From assembly GCA_016181005.1 (NCBI GenBank), contig JACPAE010000004.1:78646-142645 (forward strand): a stretch of 64,000 bases of DNA, in the 5' to 3' direction. The notes under the pieces were generated by a model. That model saw only the letters and a program-made list of their open reading frames with translations, was not told the DNA's origin and made no database searches. Shown here piece by piece: positions 28,942 through 37,537 of the stretch. Positions within the stretch are counted from its first letter, which is position 1. Each line of letters starts with the position of its first letter. The translations under genes and the position numbers were made by a program. This stretch comes from Candidatus Aenigmatarchaeota archaeon (GTDB taxonomy: Archaea > Aenigmatarchaeota > Aenigmatarchaeia > CG10238-14 > SCSR01).

Positions 28942-29190
28942 TTATTTACCTGTAACGGCGGCAATTGCTTTGTCCTTTGCTGGAATTCCAGTAAACTTGA
29001 CCTTACCATCTACAATTATTGTAGGCACGGACATTATCGAATATTTTGCAACCAGTTTCTGCCCCTCTTGGGACATCGCATCTATCTCCTCATAGTCAAA
29101 TTTGTGGTTCTTCTTCAATTCTTTAAACAGCGCCTTTGAAGCCGGGCAATATATGCAGGTCTTGGTATATACCAACTGAACTTTAACCAT
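28942..29190 (-). CDS. Glutaredoxin-like protein
   Basis: MVKVQLVYTKTCIYCP ... SVPTIIVDG; CxxC plus cis-Pro thioredoxin-fold motifs. Confidence 0.6.
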   Translation of the reverse strand: MVKVQLVYTKTCIYCPASKALFKELKKNHKFDYEEIDAMSQEGQKLVAKYSIMSVPTIIVDGKVKFTGIPAKDKAIAAVTGK

Positions 29191-29245
29191 TTCAACATCC
29201 CTCTTCATAAGCAAAATATTAATTGTCTTTGGTTATTTAAACATT

Positions 29246-29461
29246 TTAACTTGTTTTCGGGAAATGAATAGCATTCTTTGTTATCTGCAGATTACAGCTT
29301 TTATGTTTAGAGCACCAATCTTGGCAGGCTTTGGCTGTAGACTCATCTTTGTAACCAAAACCGCAAATTTCGCATTTGTAAATATTCCTTCCTTTGATTG
29401 TGGTTTTTTCCACCATTATTTTGCACTTCCTTTTGATAATTTTGTACTTTGGGCTAAGCAA
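29246..29461 (-). CDS. small zinc-finger protein
   Basis: CEICGF...CQDWC Cys cluster; 71 aa (start uncertain). Confidence 0.35.
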   Translation of the reverse strand: MLSPKYKIIKRKCKIMVEKTTIKGRNIYKCEICGFGYKDESTAKACQDWCSKHKSCNLQITKNAIHFPKTS

Positions 29462-29793
29462 GCTTCGCTCCTTTCCAAAATTCTATCTATCTCATCTTTC
29501 AATTTTTCTTTTGGCATATATCCTATAGCTTCACCAATAACTTGACCTTTGCAAAACACCTTAATTGTTGGCGTACTCATAATGCCATATTTTTCTGCTA
29601 GATTGGAATTCTCATGGGATTCCAAGATATTTAGTTTAACGAATTTTGCTTTATTTTTATACTCCTTTGAAAGCGTTTCATATAACGGTGCTAATGCTTT
29701 ACACCAAACACATTGATTATGCCAAAAATCAACTACTACAGGGAGTTCTGCTGCAAGCACTTCTTTATTCCAATTTTTTCCATTCACATCCAT
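29416..29793 (-). CDS. trx: Thioredoxin
   Basis: WCVWCK active site, STPTI cis-Pro motif. Start MDVNG sits after GGAGGTGA, with the ATG overlapping the upstream stop (TAATG). Confidence 0.75.
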   Translation of the reverse strand: MDVNGKNWNKEVLAAELPVVVDFWHNQCVWCKALAPLYETLSKEYKNKAKFVKLNILESHENSNLAEKYGIMSTPTIKVFCKGQVIGEAIGYMPKEKLKDEIDRILERSEACLAQSTKLSKGSAK

Positions 29794-30113
29794 TATTTCA
29801 CCTCCTTTTCTATTACACCGCATTTAACAAGATGATCGTGATATTTTTCAACATGCCTGTTTATCGCTTCCAATATAGGCGAAACAGTAGATTTATTTAT
29901 CGAATACATCCGTTTCTTACCTAATTTTTTAGATGTTACAAACCCACAATCTATAAGGCATTTTAGATTATGCGAAACTCTACTCTGTTCAAGATCAAGC
30001 TTTCTATGTATTTCCGATACAGACAAAGACCGCTTTCTAAGAAGTTCTATTATATCCAGCCTTGTCTCTGAACCAAAAGCTTTAACAAACAACTTATATG
30101 AATTACCTTTCAT
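29793..30113 (-). CDS. ArsR/SmtB family transcriptional regulator
   Basis: ETRLDIIELLRKRSLSVSEIHRKLDLEQSRVSHNLKCL HTH; 106 aa. Confidence 0.7.
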   Translation of the reverse strand: MKGNSYKLFVKAFGSETRLDIIELLRKRSLSVSEIHRKLDLEQSRVSHNLKCLIDCGFVTSKKLGKKRMYSINKSTVSPILEAINRHVEKYHDHLVKCGVIEKEVK

Positions 30114-30160
30114 ATGAATTATATATCATATTAAGTATTTAAAGCTTACTTCTCAGCAAT

Positions 30161-31474
30161 CTAAGCACAGACTTCTTTAATCGAATCTTCTAAAATATCC
30201 AAACCTAAATCAGCTTGCTCTTTCGTCAAAATCAATGGCGGGCATATCCTGATTGTGCTGACTCCTGCAGGAAGCATCAAAAGACCCTTTTCACTTGATT
30301 TGCACAGGATATCACTTCTCTCCTCGATGCCATATTCTTTCGTCGACTTGCTTTTCACAATTTCCACACCAATCATCATCCCAATACCTCTCACATCGCC
30401 TATAATCTCATACTCATCTTTCATCTCCTCCAGCCTACTAATCATATAACTCCCAACCTTCTTTGCATTCTCACCAAGCTTCTTCTGCCTCATAAATTTC
30501 AAAGTCGCAAGTCCAGCCGCACATGCCAACAAATTCCCTCCGAAGGTGTTCGCGTGGCTTCCTGCAATCCAGTCCATTGTCTTCTCGTTGGCCACTGTTG
30601 CCCCAAGAGGGACGCCTCCACCAATGGCTTTGCTTAATGCAACGATGTCTGCCTTGACGTCAAAGTTTTCAATGGCCAAAAACTTCCCAGTCCTGTAGCA
30701 ACCAGCCTGAACCTCATCATCGCATAGTAGTACACCATGATCGTCACAAAGCTCTCTGACGCCCTTGACGAAATCTTTCGGCGGCACTAGGTATCCGCCT
30801 TCACCGGAAACAGGCTCGAGAAAAACAGCAGCTACATCTTTATCACACTCGCCCATTTTCTCTTCAAGAACCTCAAGGTAAAGATTGACACAGCCATCGT
30901 GCTCTTTGTTCTTGAAAGGGCAGCGGTAACAGTATGGGTACAAAGCATGCTTTACCGGTAGAAAAGGCCAAAACCTCTCTCTCTGAACCGGCCTAGAATT
31001 TGTCAATGATAAACTACCCATCGTCCGCCCGTGAAAAGACGGCTTGAATGCAATGGCCCATTTTTTGTTCGTATGCCATCGAGCAAGTTTGTAAGCGGCT
31101 TCTACGGCCTCGGTTCCAGAATTGGATAAAAATGCTTTATTCAAGTGCTTAGGGAGGAATGTCAACAAATATTCAACAAACTTTACTGGCAGTTCGGCAT
31201 AAAAATCGGAAAACCCGACATGTACAGCATTCCTTATCTGCCGGCGGACAGCCTTCTCTATTACAGGATTCGTATGTCCTATATTCATCACAGCCACACC
31301 AGCTGCAAAATCCAGATACTTCCTGTTGTCAACATCCCATAAATAGCAACCCTTGCCTTTTTTGAGTACAAACGAGTACTCCCGCGTTAAAGAAGGCGAT
31401 ATGACTTTATTGTCGCGCCCTACAACCTTGAGAGACTTTGGTCCAGGCTTTCTGCACACGAACTTGGGTTTCAT
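30161..31474 (-). CDS. Class III pyridoxal-phosphate aminotransferase
   Basis: GTEAVEAA, DEVQAG and PLP-binding Lys region (ALSKAIGGGVPLGA); 437 aa. Confidence 0.8.
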   Translation of the reverse strand: MKPKFVCRKPGPKSLKVVGRDNKVISPSLTREYSFVLKKGKGCYLWDVDNRKYLDFAAGVAVMNIGHTNPVIEKAVRRQIRNAVHVGFSDFYAELPVKFVEYLLTFLPKHLNKAFLSNSGTEAVEAAYKLARWHTNKKWAIAFKPSFHGRTMGSLSLTNSRPVQRERFWPFLPVKHALYPYCYRCPFKNKEHDGCVNLYLEVLEEKMGECDKDVAAVFLEPVSGEGGYLVPPKDFVKGVRELCDDHGVLLCDDEVQAGCYRTGKFLAIENFDVKADIVALSKAIGGGVPLGATVANEKTMDWIAGSHANTFGGNLLACAAGLATLKFMRQKKLGENAKKVGSYMISRLEEMKDEYEIIGDVRGIGMMIGVEIVKSKSTKEYGIEERSDILCKSSEKGLLMLPAGVSTIRICPPLILTKEQADLGLDILEDSIKEVCA

Positions 31475-31512
31475 ATAATTTAATTACTGGTTTACAAATA
31501 ATTATAGTGGAT

Positions 31513-32532
31513 ATGGAACTGCTCAAGAAGCTGGTAGAGGCCTACGGCGTCAGCGGCAACGAAGGCGAGGTCAGGGAGCTGATCAAAAATGAAATTTCAA
31601 AGTGCGTCGATGAGGTGCATACGGACAAGCTAGGCAATTTAGTTGCACATAAAAAAGGAAAATTGCCACGGGTCATGCTTGCAGCCCACATGGACGAAAT
31701 AGGGCTTATCATTAAAAGAATAAATGAGAGGGGCAAGATTGTTTTCTCCACCGTAGGCGGGATTGAAGTCTCTGCTTTGATCGGGCAGAAAGTTTCCATT
31801 CAAACAAACAAAAAAAACCAGCTTTTAGGAGTTATAACATTGGACCAAATGTCATCCGGAGATTCGATTAAGGAGCTGCCAAGAGTCACTGATTTGTACA
31901 TAGATACTGGATTGGACAGGGAGCAGCTGGCAGAACTGGGAGTCGAGATTGGGAACTATGTCTACTTTTATGACTCGAGATATAGTCTTGCAACAAATGA
32001 ATTTATAATTGGCAAATCCTTGGACAACAGGATAGGATGCTATGTCCTCATCGAGCTCGCCAAGCTTCTGAAAGAGAACAAGAACGAAATTTTTTACGTA
32101 TTCACCGTGCAGGAAGAGATAGGGATGTACGGCGCAAGGACTTCGGCATATACAATAGACCCCTCCTGGGCTATTGCTGTTGACGCGACAACCACGGACG
32201 ACGTCTACGCCACGCCTACAAGATCGCTGAAGGGCGGACCATGCATAACTGTGAAGGACGCCGGCATGCTCGGAAACAAGTGCATAAACGACTGGCTGAG
32301 GGAAATCGCAAAGAAGAGCAACATACCGATTCAGTATGACGTGAGCGAATACGGCGCAACAGACGCCTTGACAATTTCCCTTGCGCGCGGAGGCATACCC
32401 TCGACTACAGTCTCCATACCAGTAAGGAACATCCATACGGCTGTAGGAATGGCGCATGTCAGCGACATAAAGAACACGATAAAGCTTTTGGAATTGCTTT
32501 TGAGAAAGCCGCCGCTGGTTTGCGTAGTTTAA
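31513..32532 (+). CDS. M42 family aminopeptidase (TET/FrvX-like)
   Basis: MELLKKLVEAYGVSGNE N-terminus, AAHMDEIGL, EEIGMYGA metal-ligand motifs. Confidence 0.75.
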   Translation: MELLKKLVEAYGVSGNEGEVRELIKNEISKCVDEVHTDKLGNLVAHKKGKLPRVMLAAHMDEIGLIIKRINERGKIVFSTVGGIEVSALIGQKVSIQTNKKNQLLGVITLDQMSSGDSIKELPRVTDLYIDTGLDREQLAELGVEIGNYVYFYDSRYSLATNEFIIGKSLDNRIGCYVLIELAKLLKENKNEIFYVFTVQEEIGMYGARTSAYTIDPSWAIAVDATTTDDVYATPTRSLKGGPCITVKDAGMLGNKCINDWLREIAKKSNIPIQYDVSEYGATDALTISLARGGIPSTTVSIPVRNIHTAVGMAHVSDIKNTIKLLELLLRKPPLVCVV

Positions 32533-33794
32533 AATTTCTTGAAATAAACCCAGTAAAATACCAATCCTGCCAGCAGCAGTGCAATGCCATATAAGGCAAT
32601 TTCAAACGTGATACTCATCAGCAAAATCGCCGAAGTTATAACACCCAGCAATGGTAAAACTGGGAACTTGCCTATGCTGATAGGAACTTTGAATTCGCGC
32701 TTCATCTTAGGTTTGGTATACCTCAGCTTAATTACAGTAAGGTTGACAATTACGAAAGCTATGAAGATAAGGAAATCTGTAAGGTAGCCTACAGTTTCTA
32801 TACCACCAAGAAAGATAAAAGCAACAGAAATTAAACCCACAATGGCAATTGAAAAGCCTGGTGTTCTTGTTTTATAATTGACATTTGCCAAAAGTCTTGG
32901 CAGCGAACCTTCTGCAGCCATGCCGTATGCAATTCTAGACGCAGACAGAAGAACCAGCAGCACAGTATTGAAAGTTGCAAATAATGCCACTATCGAAAGC
33001 ACGAAGGAGCTCTCCTTTCCAAGAGCACTTCCCATGACATCGGCCAATGGAGAGTTCGATTGTGCAAGCTTGTCAGCACCAATGACGCTGATTGCAGAAA
33101 TTGAAACCAGAACATAAATTACAGTGCTGATAATAATCGCCAAAAGCAGTGCCTTCGGCATAATCTTCTTGGTTCCTTTTGTCTCCTCGGAGAGCCTGAC
33201 CATTTCTTCAAAGCCGATGAATGCAAAGAAGATCAACGCGGCTGCACTAAAGACGCTTGGAAGTGAGTTCACCTCAAAATAATCCACCGATCCGAAGTAA
33301 GGCAGCCCTATAATAATTATCATTAGCAGCCCCAATGACTCGATGATGCTGAAAATTATGGCTAATGTGACCGACTGTTTTATCCCCCAAAAGTTTATTG
33401 CGGAAACCGCGAGAATTACAAAAACTGCAGTCAATGCGATAGGAGTTTTCACTAAAGCATTGAGATAGCCTGCAAACCCCAGCGCAACTGTTGAACCAGC
33501 AATTATTGCGGCGAAAATAAGTATCCAGCCCGTGAACCAAGCAATTTTTTTGCCAAAGCTTGCTCTAGTGTAGACATATTCGGCACCTGCTTTGGGAAAC
33601 ATGCATGACAGTTCGGCATAGCTTAGCCCTGTGAATGCAGCGACAACAGCGGCAAGAAAGAATGAAAGCCACACGGCATTCCCAGCTATCCCGGCAGCTT
33701 TACCAATAAGGACGTAAATTCCGGCACCTAATATGATGCCTATGCCAACTAGCGTCAGCTCAAACAAACCAAGTACCCTTCTAAGTTTGGCCAT
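32529..33794 (-). CDS. APC family amino acid permease
   Basis: 12 TM-like hydrophobic segments; AGIYVLIGKAAGIAG N-terminal motif. Confidence 0.7.
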   Translation of the reverse strand: MAKLRRVLGLFELTLVGIGIILGAGIYVLIGKAAGIAGNAVWLSFFLAAVVAAFTGLSYAELSCMFPKAGAEYVYTRASFGKKIAWFTGWILIFAAIIAGSTVALGFAGYLNALVKTPIALTAVFVILAVSAINFWGIKQSVTLAIIFSIIESLGLLMIIIIGLPYFGSVDYFEVNSLPSVFSAAALIFFAFIGFEEMVRLSEETKGTKKIMPKALLLAIIISTVIYVLVSISAISVIGADKLAQSNSPLADVMGSALGKESSFVLSIVALFATFNTVLLVLLSASRIAYGMAAEGSLPRLLANVNYKTRTPGFSIAIVGLISVAFIFLGGIETVGYLTDFLIFIAFVIVNLTVIKLRYTKPKMKREFKVPISIGKFPVLPLLGVITSAILLMSITFEIALYGIALLLAGLVFYWVYFKKF

Positions 33795-33833
33795 CCATTA
33801 TAGATTAATTCAAGAAAAGATAAAGTTTGATTA

Positions 33834-35150
33834 ATGAAACCTATTAGAACACTCATCATGGGAGCAGCTGGCAGGGACTTCCATAACTTCAACATGGTTT
33901 TCAGAGATAATCCAAAGTACAAAGTTGTTGCTTTCACTGCCACACAAATTCCTGATATTGCGAACAGAAGTTATCCAAATGAATTATCCGGAAAGTTGTA
34001 TCCCAAAGGAATCCCAATATATCCGGAAATAGTTTTAGCCGATTTAATTAAGAAATTAAAGGTCGATTTAGTCGTTTTCGCTTACAGCGATGTTAACCAT
34101 GAGTATGTGATGCACAAGGCTTCGATTGCTTTAGCAAACGGCGCTGATTTTGTTTTACTTGGGCCAAATTCAACAATGCTGAACTCTTCCAAGCCTGTAA
34201 TTTCCGTCACTGCAGTAAGAACTGGTGCTGGCAAAAGTCAGACGTCTAGAGCGATAGCAGAAATTCTTAGAAAACATGGTAAGAAAGTTGTAGCCATTAG
34301 GCACGGGATGCCTTACGGAAATCTCTTAAAACAAAAATGTCAATGGTTTGCAAGTGCGGAAGACTTTAAAAAACATGACACAACAATAGAAGAAGAAGAG
34401 GAGTATCAGCCTTGGATTGATCATGGATTTGTTGTGTATGCTGGTGTGGATTATGGAGAGATATTAAGAGAAGCAGAAAATGAGTCGGATGTCATCATTT
34501 TCGATGGTGGAAATAACGACTGGGGATTTATCAAATCTGATTTGTACATAGTGGTTGCCGATCCACATAGACCGGGTCATGAATTAACTTATTATCCAGG
34601 ATTTGTTAATTTCTTGTCAGCAGATGTAATTGTTATTAATAAAATCGACAGTGCCAAGAAAGAAAATATAGAAATTGTTAGACAACATGCAAAGCAATAC
34701 AATCCGAAAGCAAAGATTATTTTGGCAAAATCACCAGTAACAGTTGACAAACCTGAACTGATTAGAAATAAGCGTGTAATTTTAACTGAAGATGGGCCTT
34801 CTCTTACCCATGGTGGTATGCCTTATGGCGCAGGATCCATTGTTGCAAAGAGATATAAATGTAAAGTGGTTAATGCCCAAAAATATGCTGTCGGCTCTAT
34901 CAAAAAAGTTTACAAAAAATATCCGCATTTAAAGAACGAACTGCCGGCTATGGGATACAGTAGCAAACAAATCAAAGAGTTGGAAAAAACAATAAATTCA
35001 GCAAAATGTGACGCTGTTATCGATGCTACTCCTGCTAATCTTTCACGAATCTTAAAAATCAATAAACCAATCGCCAATGTAACCTACGAAATGGGAAAAG
35101 AAGCTGTTAAAAGTTTGGAAGCAATATTGAAAAAAACAAAGTTTATTTAA
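33834..35150 (+). CDS. P-loop NTPase, COG2403/cyclic 2,3-diphosphoglycerate synthetase-like family
   Basis: N-terminal ILGAAGRDFHNFN and internal P-loop RTGAGKSQTS; 438 aa. Confidence 0.4.
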   Translation: MKPIRTLIMGAAGRDFHNFNMVFRDNPKYKVVAFTATQIPDIANRSYPNELSGKLYPKGIPIYPEIVLADLIKKLKVDLVVFAYSDVNHEYVMHKASIALANGADFVLLGPNSTMLNSSKPVISVTAVRTGAGKSQTSRAIAEILRKHGKKVVAIRHGMPYGNLLKQKCQWFASAEDFKKHDTTIEEEEEYQPWIDHGFVVYAGVDYGEILREAENESDVIIFDGGNNDWGFIKSDLYIVVADPHRPGHELTYYPGFVNFLSADVIVINKIDSAKKENIEIVRQHAKQYNPKAKIILAKSPVTVDKPELIRNKRVILTEDGPSLTHGGMPYGAGSIVAKRYKCKVVNAQKYAVGSIKKVYKKYPHLKNELPAMGYSSKQIKELEKTINSAKCDAVIDATPANLSRILKINKPIANVTYEMGKEAVKSLEAILKKTKFI

Positions 35151-36373
35151 TTATTGAATTTTCTGAATAAATGATTTATCGAATTTGGTGTCACACCTAT
35201 TTTAAAATTATCAAACACGTATTCACTAACATTACCACCAGACACGCCCCTTTTCTTTAAATACATAATCATTTCTTTCACTTTCATATCAATCTCCTCT
35301 ATGCTTTTATAATTTTCGATCATACTAACTAACTTTTTGAGTTTGTTTTTTCTTCCTTTTGCGTATTTGAAAATAGATATTTTTTCGGCAGTCAAAATAC
35401 TTTTCCTATTATGGATGCTAACAGCATCACCATCTAAATAAGCATCTATATTCAATTTTCTCAGAAGCTTGATAATAAACTGTTGGTTTGGTTCACATGA
35501 TAGTTCTATTCTCCAAAAATTATGTGTGCTACCATCCCCATCATAAAGTCCTTGTAAAAACGGTATAATAAAACTTTTTGGACATGAGAAAATCCATTTC
35601 ATTTTAACTTTATCGTATGTGGTTCTTTCATTAATATCAAGACCCAATAGAGATTGAAGTAAATAGCGAATAAAGGGTGATTTTTCGGTTATCCATCTAT
35701 ATTCACCATAAGGAGCTCTTTCTCTATAGTCAACATGATCTTTGATTCTATGAGCAGTTATTCCTAGTGTAATGAAATATTTACATACATTATCACCAAT
35801 ATCCAAATCCCAATCATATCTTCTTGTCAGCGAAATTAAACATTGATTAGAAAATCTATATCCAAGAGGTTTCGAAGTATCACTGACCATCATACCCAAA
35901 ATATACGCCAATGCCTTTTCTTTTAGACCCACGTTTTTATTACGGTTTCCTAACTGTTTTAGTATGAAAATGATTTCATCGTAAAACTTTATTTCCATCG
36001 GTACTTTAATAAAATCAAAGTACGCATGGCCTCCCTTTTTAGAATGAAGGGGCAATAGCTTGTGTCTTATGTTTAGTCTACAGTTAGGTATTGAAGAAGC
36101 AAGAACATACAGATAAGGTTTAGACTTATTGAGATATCTATTAACACAATTTCTAGGTAGTTTGAGCCTTTTTTCTATTGAGATATAAGTGAATCCTTTC
36201 TTTCGTAGTTTATTTACTAGGAAATAATTTTTACATCTTTTCATATGAATTGCATAAAACTCCCCAGAGGTAAGATCACTGTAAAAATAAAGATTCTTCA
36301 ATCTTCTTTCGACATCTTCCCACGAGTTAAACTTGTTCATATGAAACACCTTATAACTTCTATCGTATATCAA
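35147..36373 (-). CDS. Free-standing double-motif LAGLIDADG homing endonuclease-like protein
   Basis: Two LAGLIDADG-type motifs (LAYILGMMVSDTS and FLQGLYDGDGSTH) about 110 aa apart; AT-rich gene; 408 aa. Confidence 0.6.
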   Translation of the reverse strand: MIYDRSYKVFHMNKFNSWEDVERRLKNLYFYSDLTSGEFYAIHMKRCKNYFLVNKLRKKGFTYISIEKRLKLPRNCVNRYLNKSKPYLYVLASSIPNCRLNIRHKLLPLHSKKGGHAYFDFIKVPMEIKFYDEIIFILKQLGNRNKNVGLKEKALAYILGMMVSDTSKPLGYRFSNQCLISLTRRYDWDLDIGDNVCKYFITLGITAHRIKDHVDYRERAPYGEYRWITEKSPFIRYLLQSLLGLDINERTTYDKVKMKWIFSCPKSFIIPFLQGLYDGDGSTHNFWRIELSCEPNQQFIIKLLRKLNIDAYLDGDAVSIHNRKSILTAEKISIFKYAKGRKNKLKKLVSMIENYKSIEEIDMKVKEMIMYLKKRGVSGGNVSEYVFDNFKIGVTPNSINHLFRKFNN

Positions 36374-36447
36374 TTAGTTACGTTACTATATAAAGCTTTC
36401 GGAGGGGTTCATTTCCCACATCATTAACAACATTTAAATCCTTTGCT

Positions 36448-37152
36448 ATGCTCTATTTAACTATGACAACAACCAGCCAGCTATACCTGCCAATAAAAGG
36501 CATGCAATACTCAGTTATACCGGAAGTGTCTCTTCTTGGAAAAGACTTGTGGGAAGCGCAATTATACGCCCAGGATAATGGACTGGTAGTCTTGTCTTCT
36601 CCTGACATAAACAGGCTGGCAAGAGCCGTAAAGGGCGACAATCCAGACAGGCAATTCCTAAGATACGCAAGGGAACAGGCTGAAAAGCAAGGAACTTCAT
36701 TAAACGACAACGACGCAAAAGACGGATATAAACGGCTTCATGACGGATTATGGAAACAATACGTTGCTATAGCAAGGGAAATTCTTGTATGGACAAGAGA
36801 CGCACAACCTATTAATCACCCCATGATTGTTTTGAAAGATATGCCTGTAACGTCCCATCTAATAACGGACTATAGAGTTGAAAAGCAGGGCGACGGCTAT
36901 AGAATAGTCGAAGCTGTTGTAACGTCAGCCAACTGGATGAAAGAGGACGGGGCAATAACTCCTGAAATGGCACAATTGTTAGGCGCCGAACCCAATACAC
37001 ATGTCTGGACAAATCCAAATCCTGATTATGAAAATGGACTGAGGGCTCTCGGGTGGGACTTCAGGGGCCGTGAGAGGCCGTACCTGGTCTCGGACTGGGA
37101 GCCTTGGGACAGGAACTCCTATGGGGGTTCGCTTTTGGGTAGAAGGCTGTAA
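36448..37152 (+). CDS. DGR target (variable) protein; VR occupies the last 33 or so codons
   Basis: 3' end (37045-37143) matches the template repeat at all non-adenine positions; higher GC than neighbouring genes. Confidence 0.75.
   Translation: MLYLTMTTTSQLYLPIKGMQYSVIPEVSLLGKDLWEAQLYAQDNGLVVLSSPDINRLARAVKGDNPDRQFLRYAREQAEKQGTSLNDNDAKDGYKRLHDGLWKQYVAIAREILVWTRDAQPINHPMIVLKDMPVTSHLITDYRVEKQGDGYRIVEAVVTSANWMKEDGAITPEMAQLLGAEPNTHVWTNPNPDYENGLRALGWDFRGRERPYLVSDWEPWDRNSYGGSLLGRRL
37045..37143 (+). repeat. DGR variable repeat (VR)
   Basis: Aligns to TR 37389-37517; all 16 internal mismatches fall where TR has A. TR AAC/AAT codons correspond to GAC/TAC/GTC/TAT/GGT in VR. Confidence 0.8.
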
Positions 37153-37244
37153 GCTGTAAATGAAACATTAACAATTAGATTTATTCTATAAATCATAATT
37201 CTATATTCCTGGGCTATTGCTGGACAATGATGAAGGCAATGTCT

Positions 37245-37342
37245 GGGCTACACGCCTGTCCATAGCGCATTAGGGCTTTTTCCGTTTGGCCATGAAATAC
37301 AGAGGCGACAGATAGTAGCTATGACGGATGACATGACTAGTG
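37245..37342. repeat. Conserved ~98-nt element, copy A (between VR and TR); possible structured ncRNA or cis element
   Basis: About 95% identical to 47348-47446 (4 differences counted by eye). Confidence 0.6.
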
Positions 37343-37388
37343 CGAAACCTGAAGCTTCAGTGAAAACTTGGTGGATGGGCTAAGATAA

Positions 37389-37517
37389 GCTCTCAGGTGG
37401 AACTTCAGGGACCGTGAGAATATGTATCACGAAAGGCCGAACCTGAACTCGAACAGGGAGCCTTGGAACAGGAAATCCAACGACCTGATCTCCAATAGGG
37501 GTTCGCTTTTGAATAAC
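37389..37517 (+). repeat. DGR template repeat (TR)
   Basis: Intergenic, ends 20 nt upstream of the RT start. Rich in AAC/AAT codons in the VR frame. Carries two in-frame 15-nt segments absent from VR. Confidence 0.8.
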
Positions 37518-37537
37518 CCAGACCGCCCAGGATTTTT

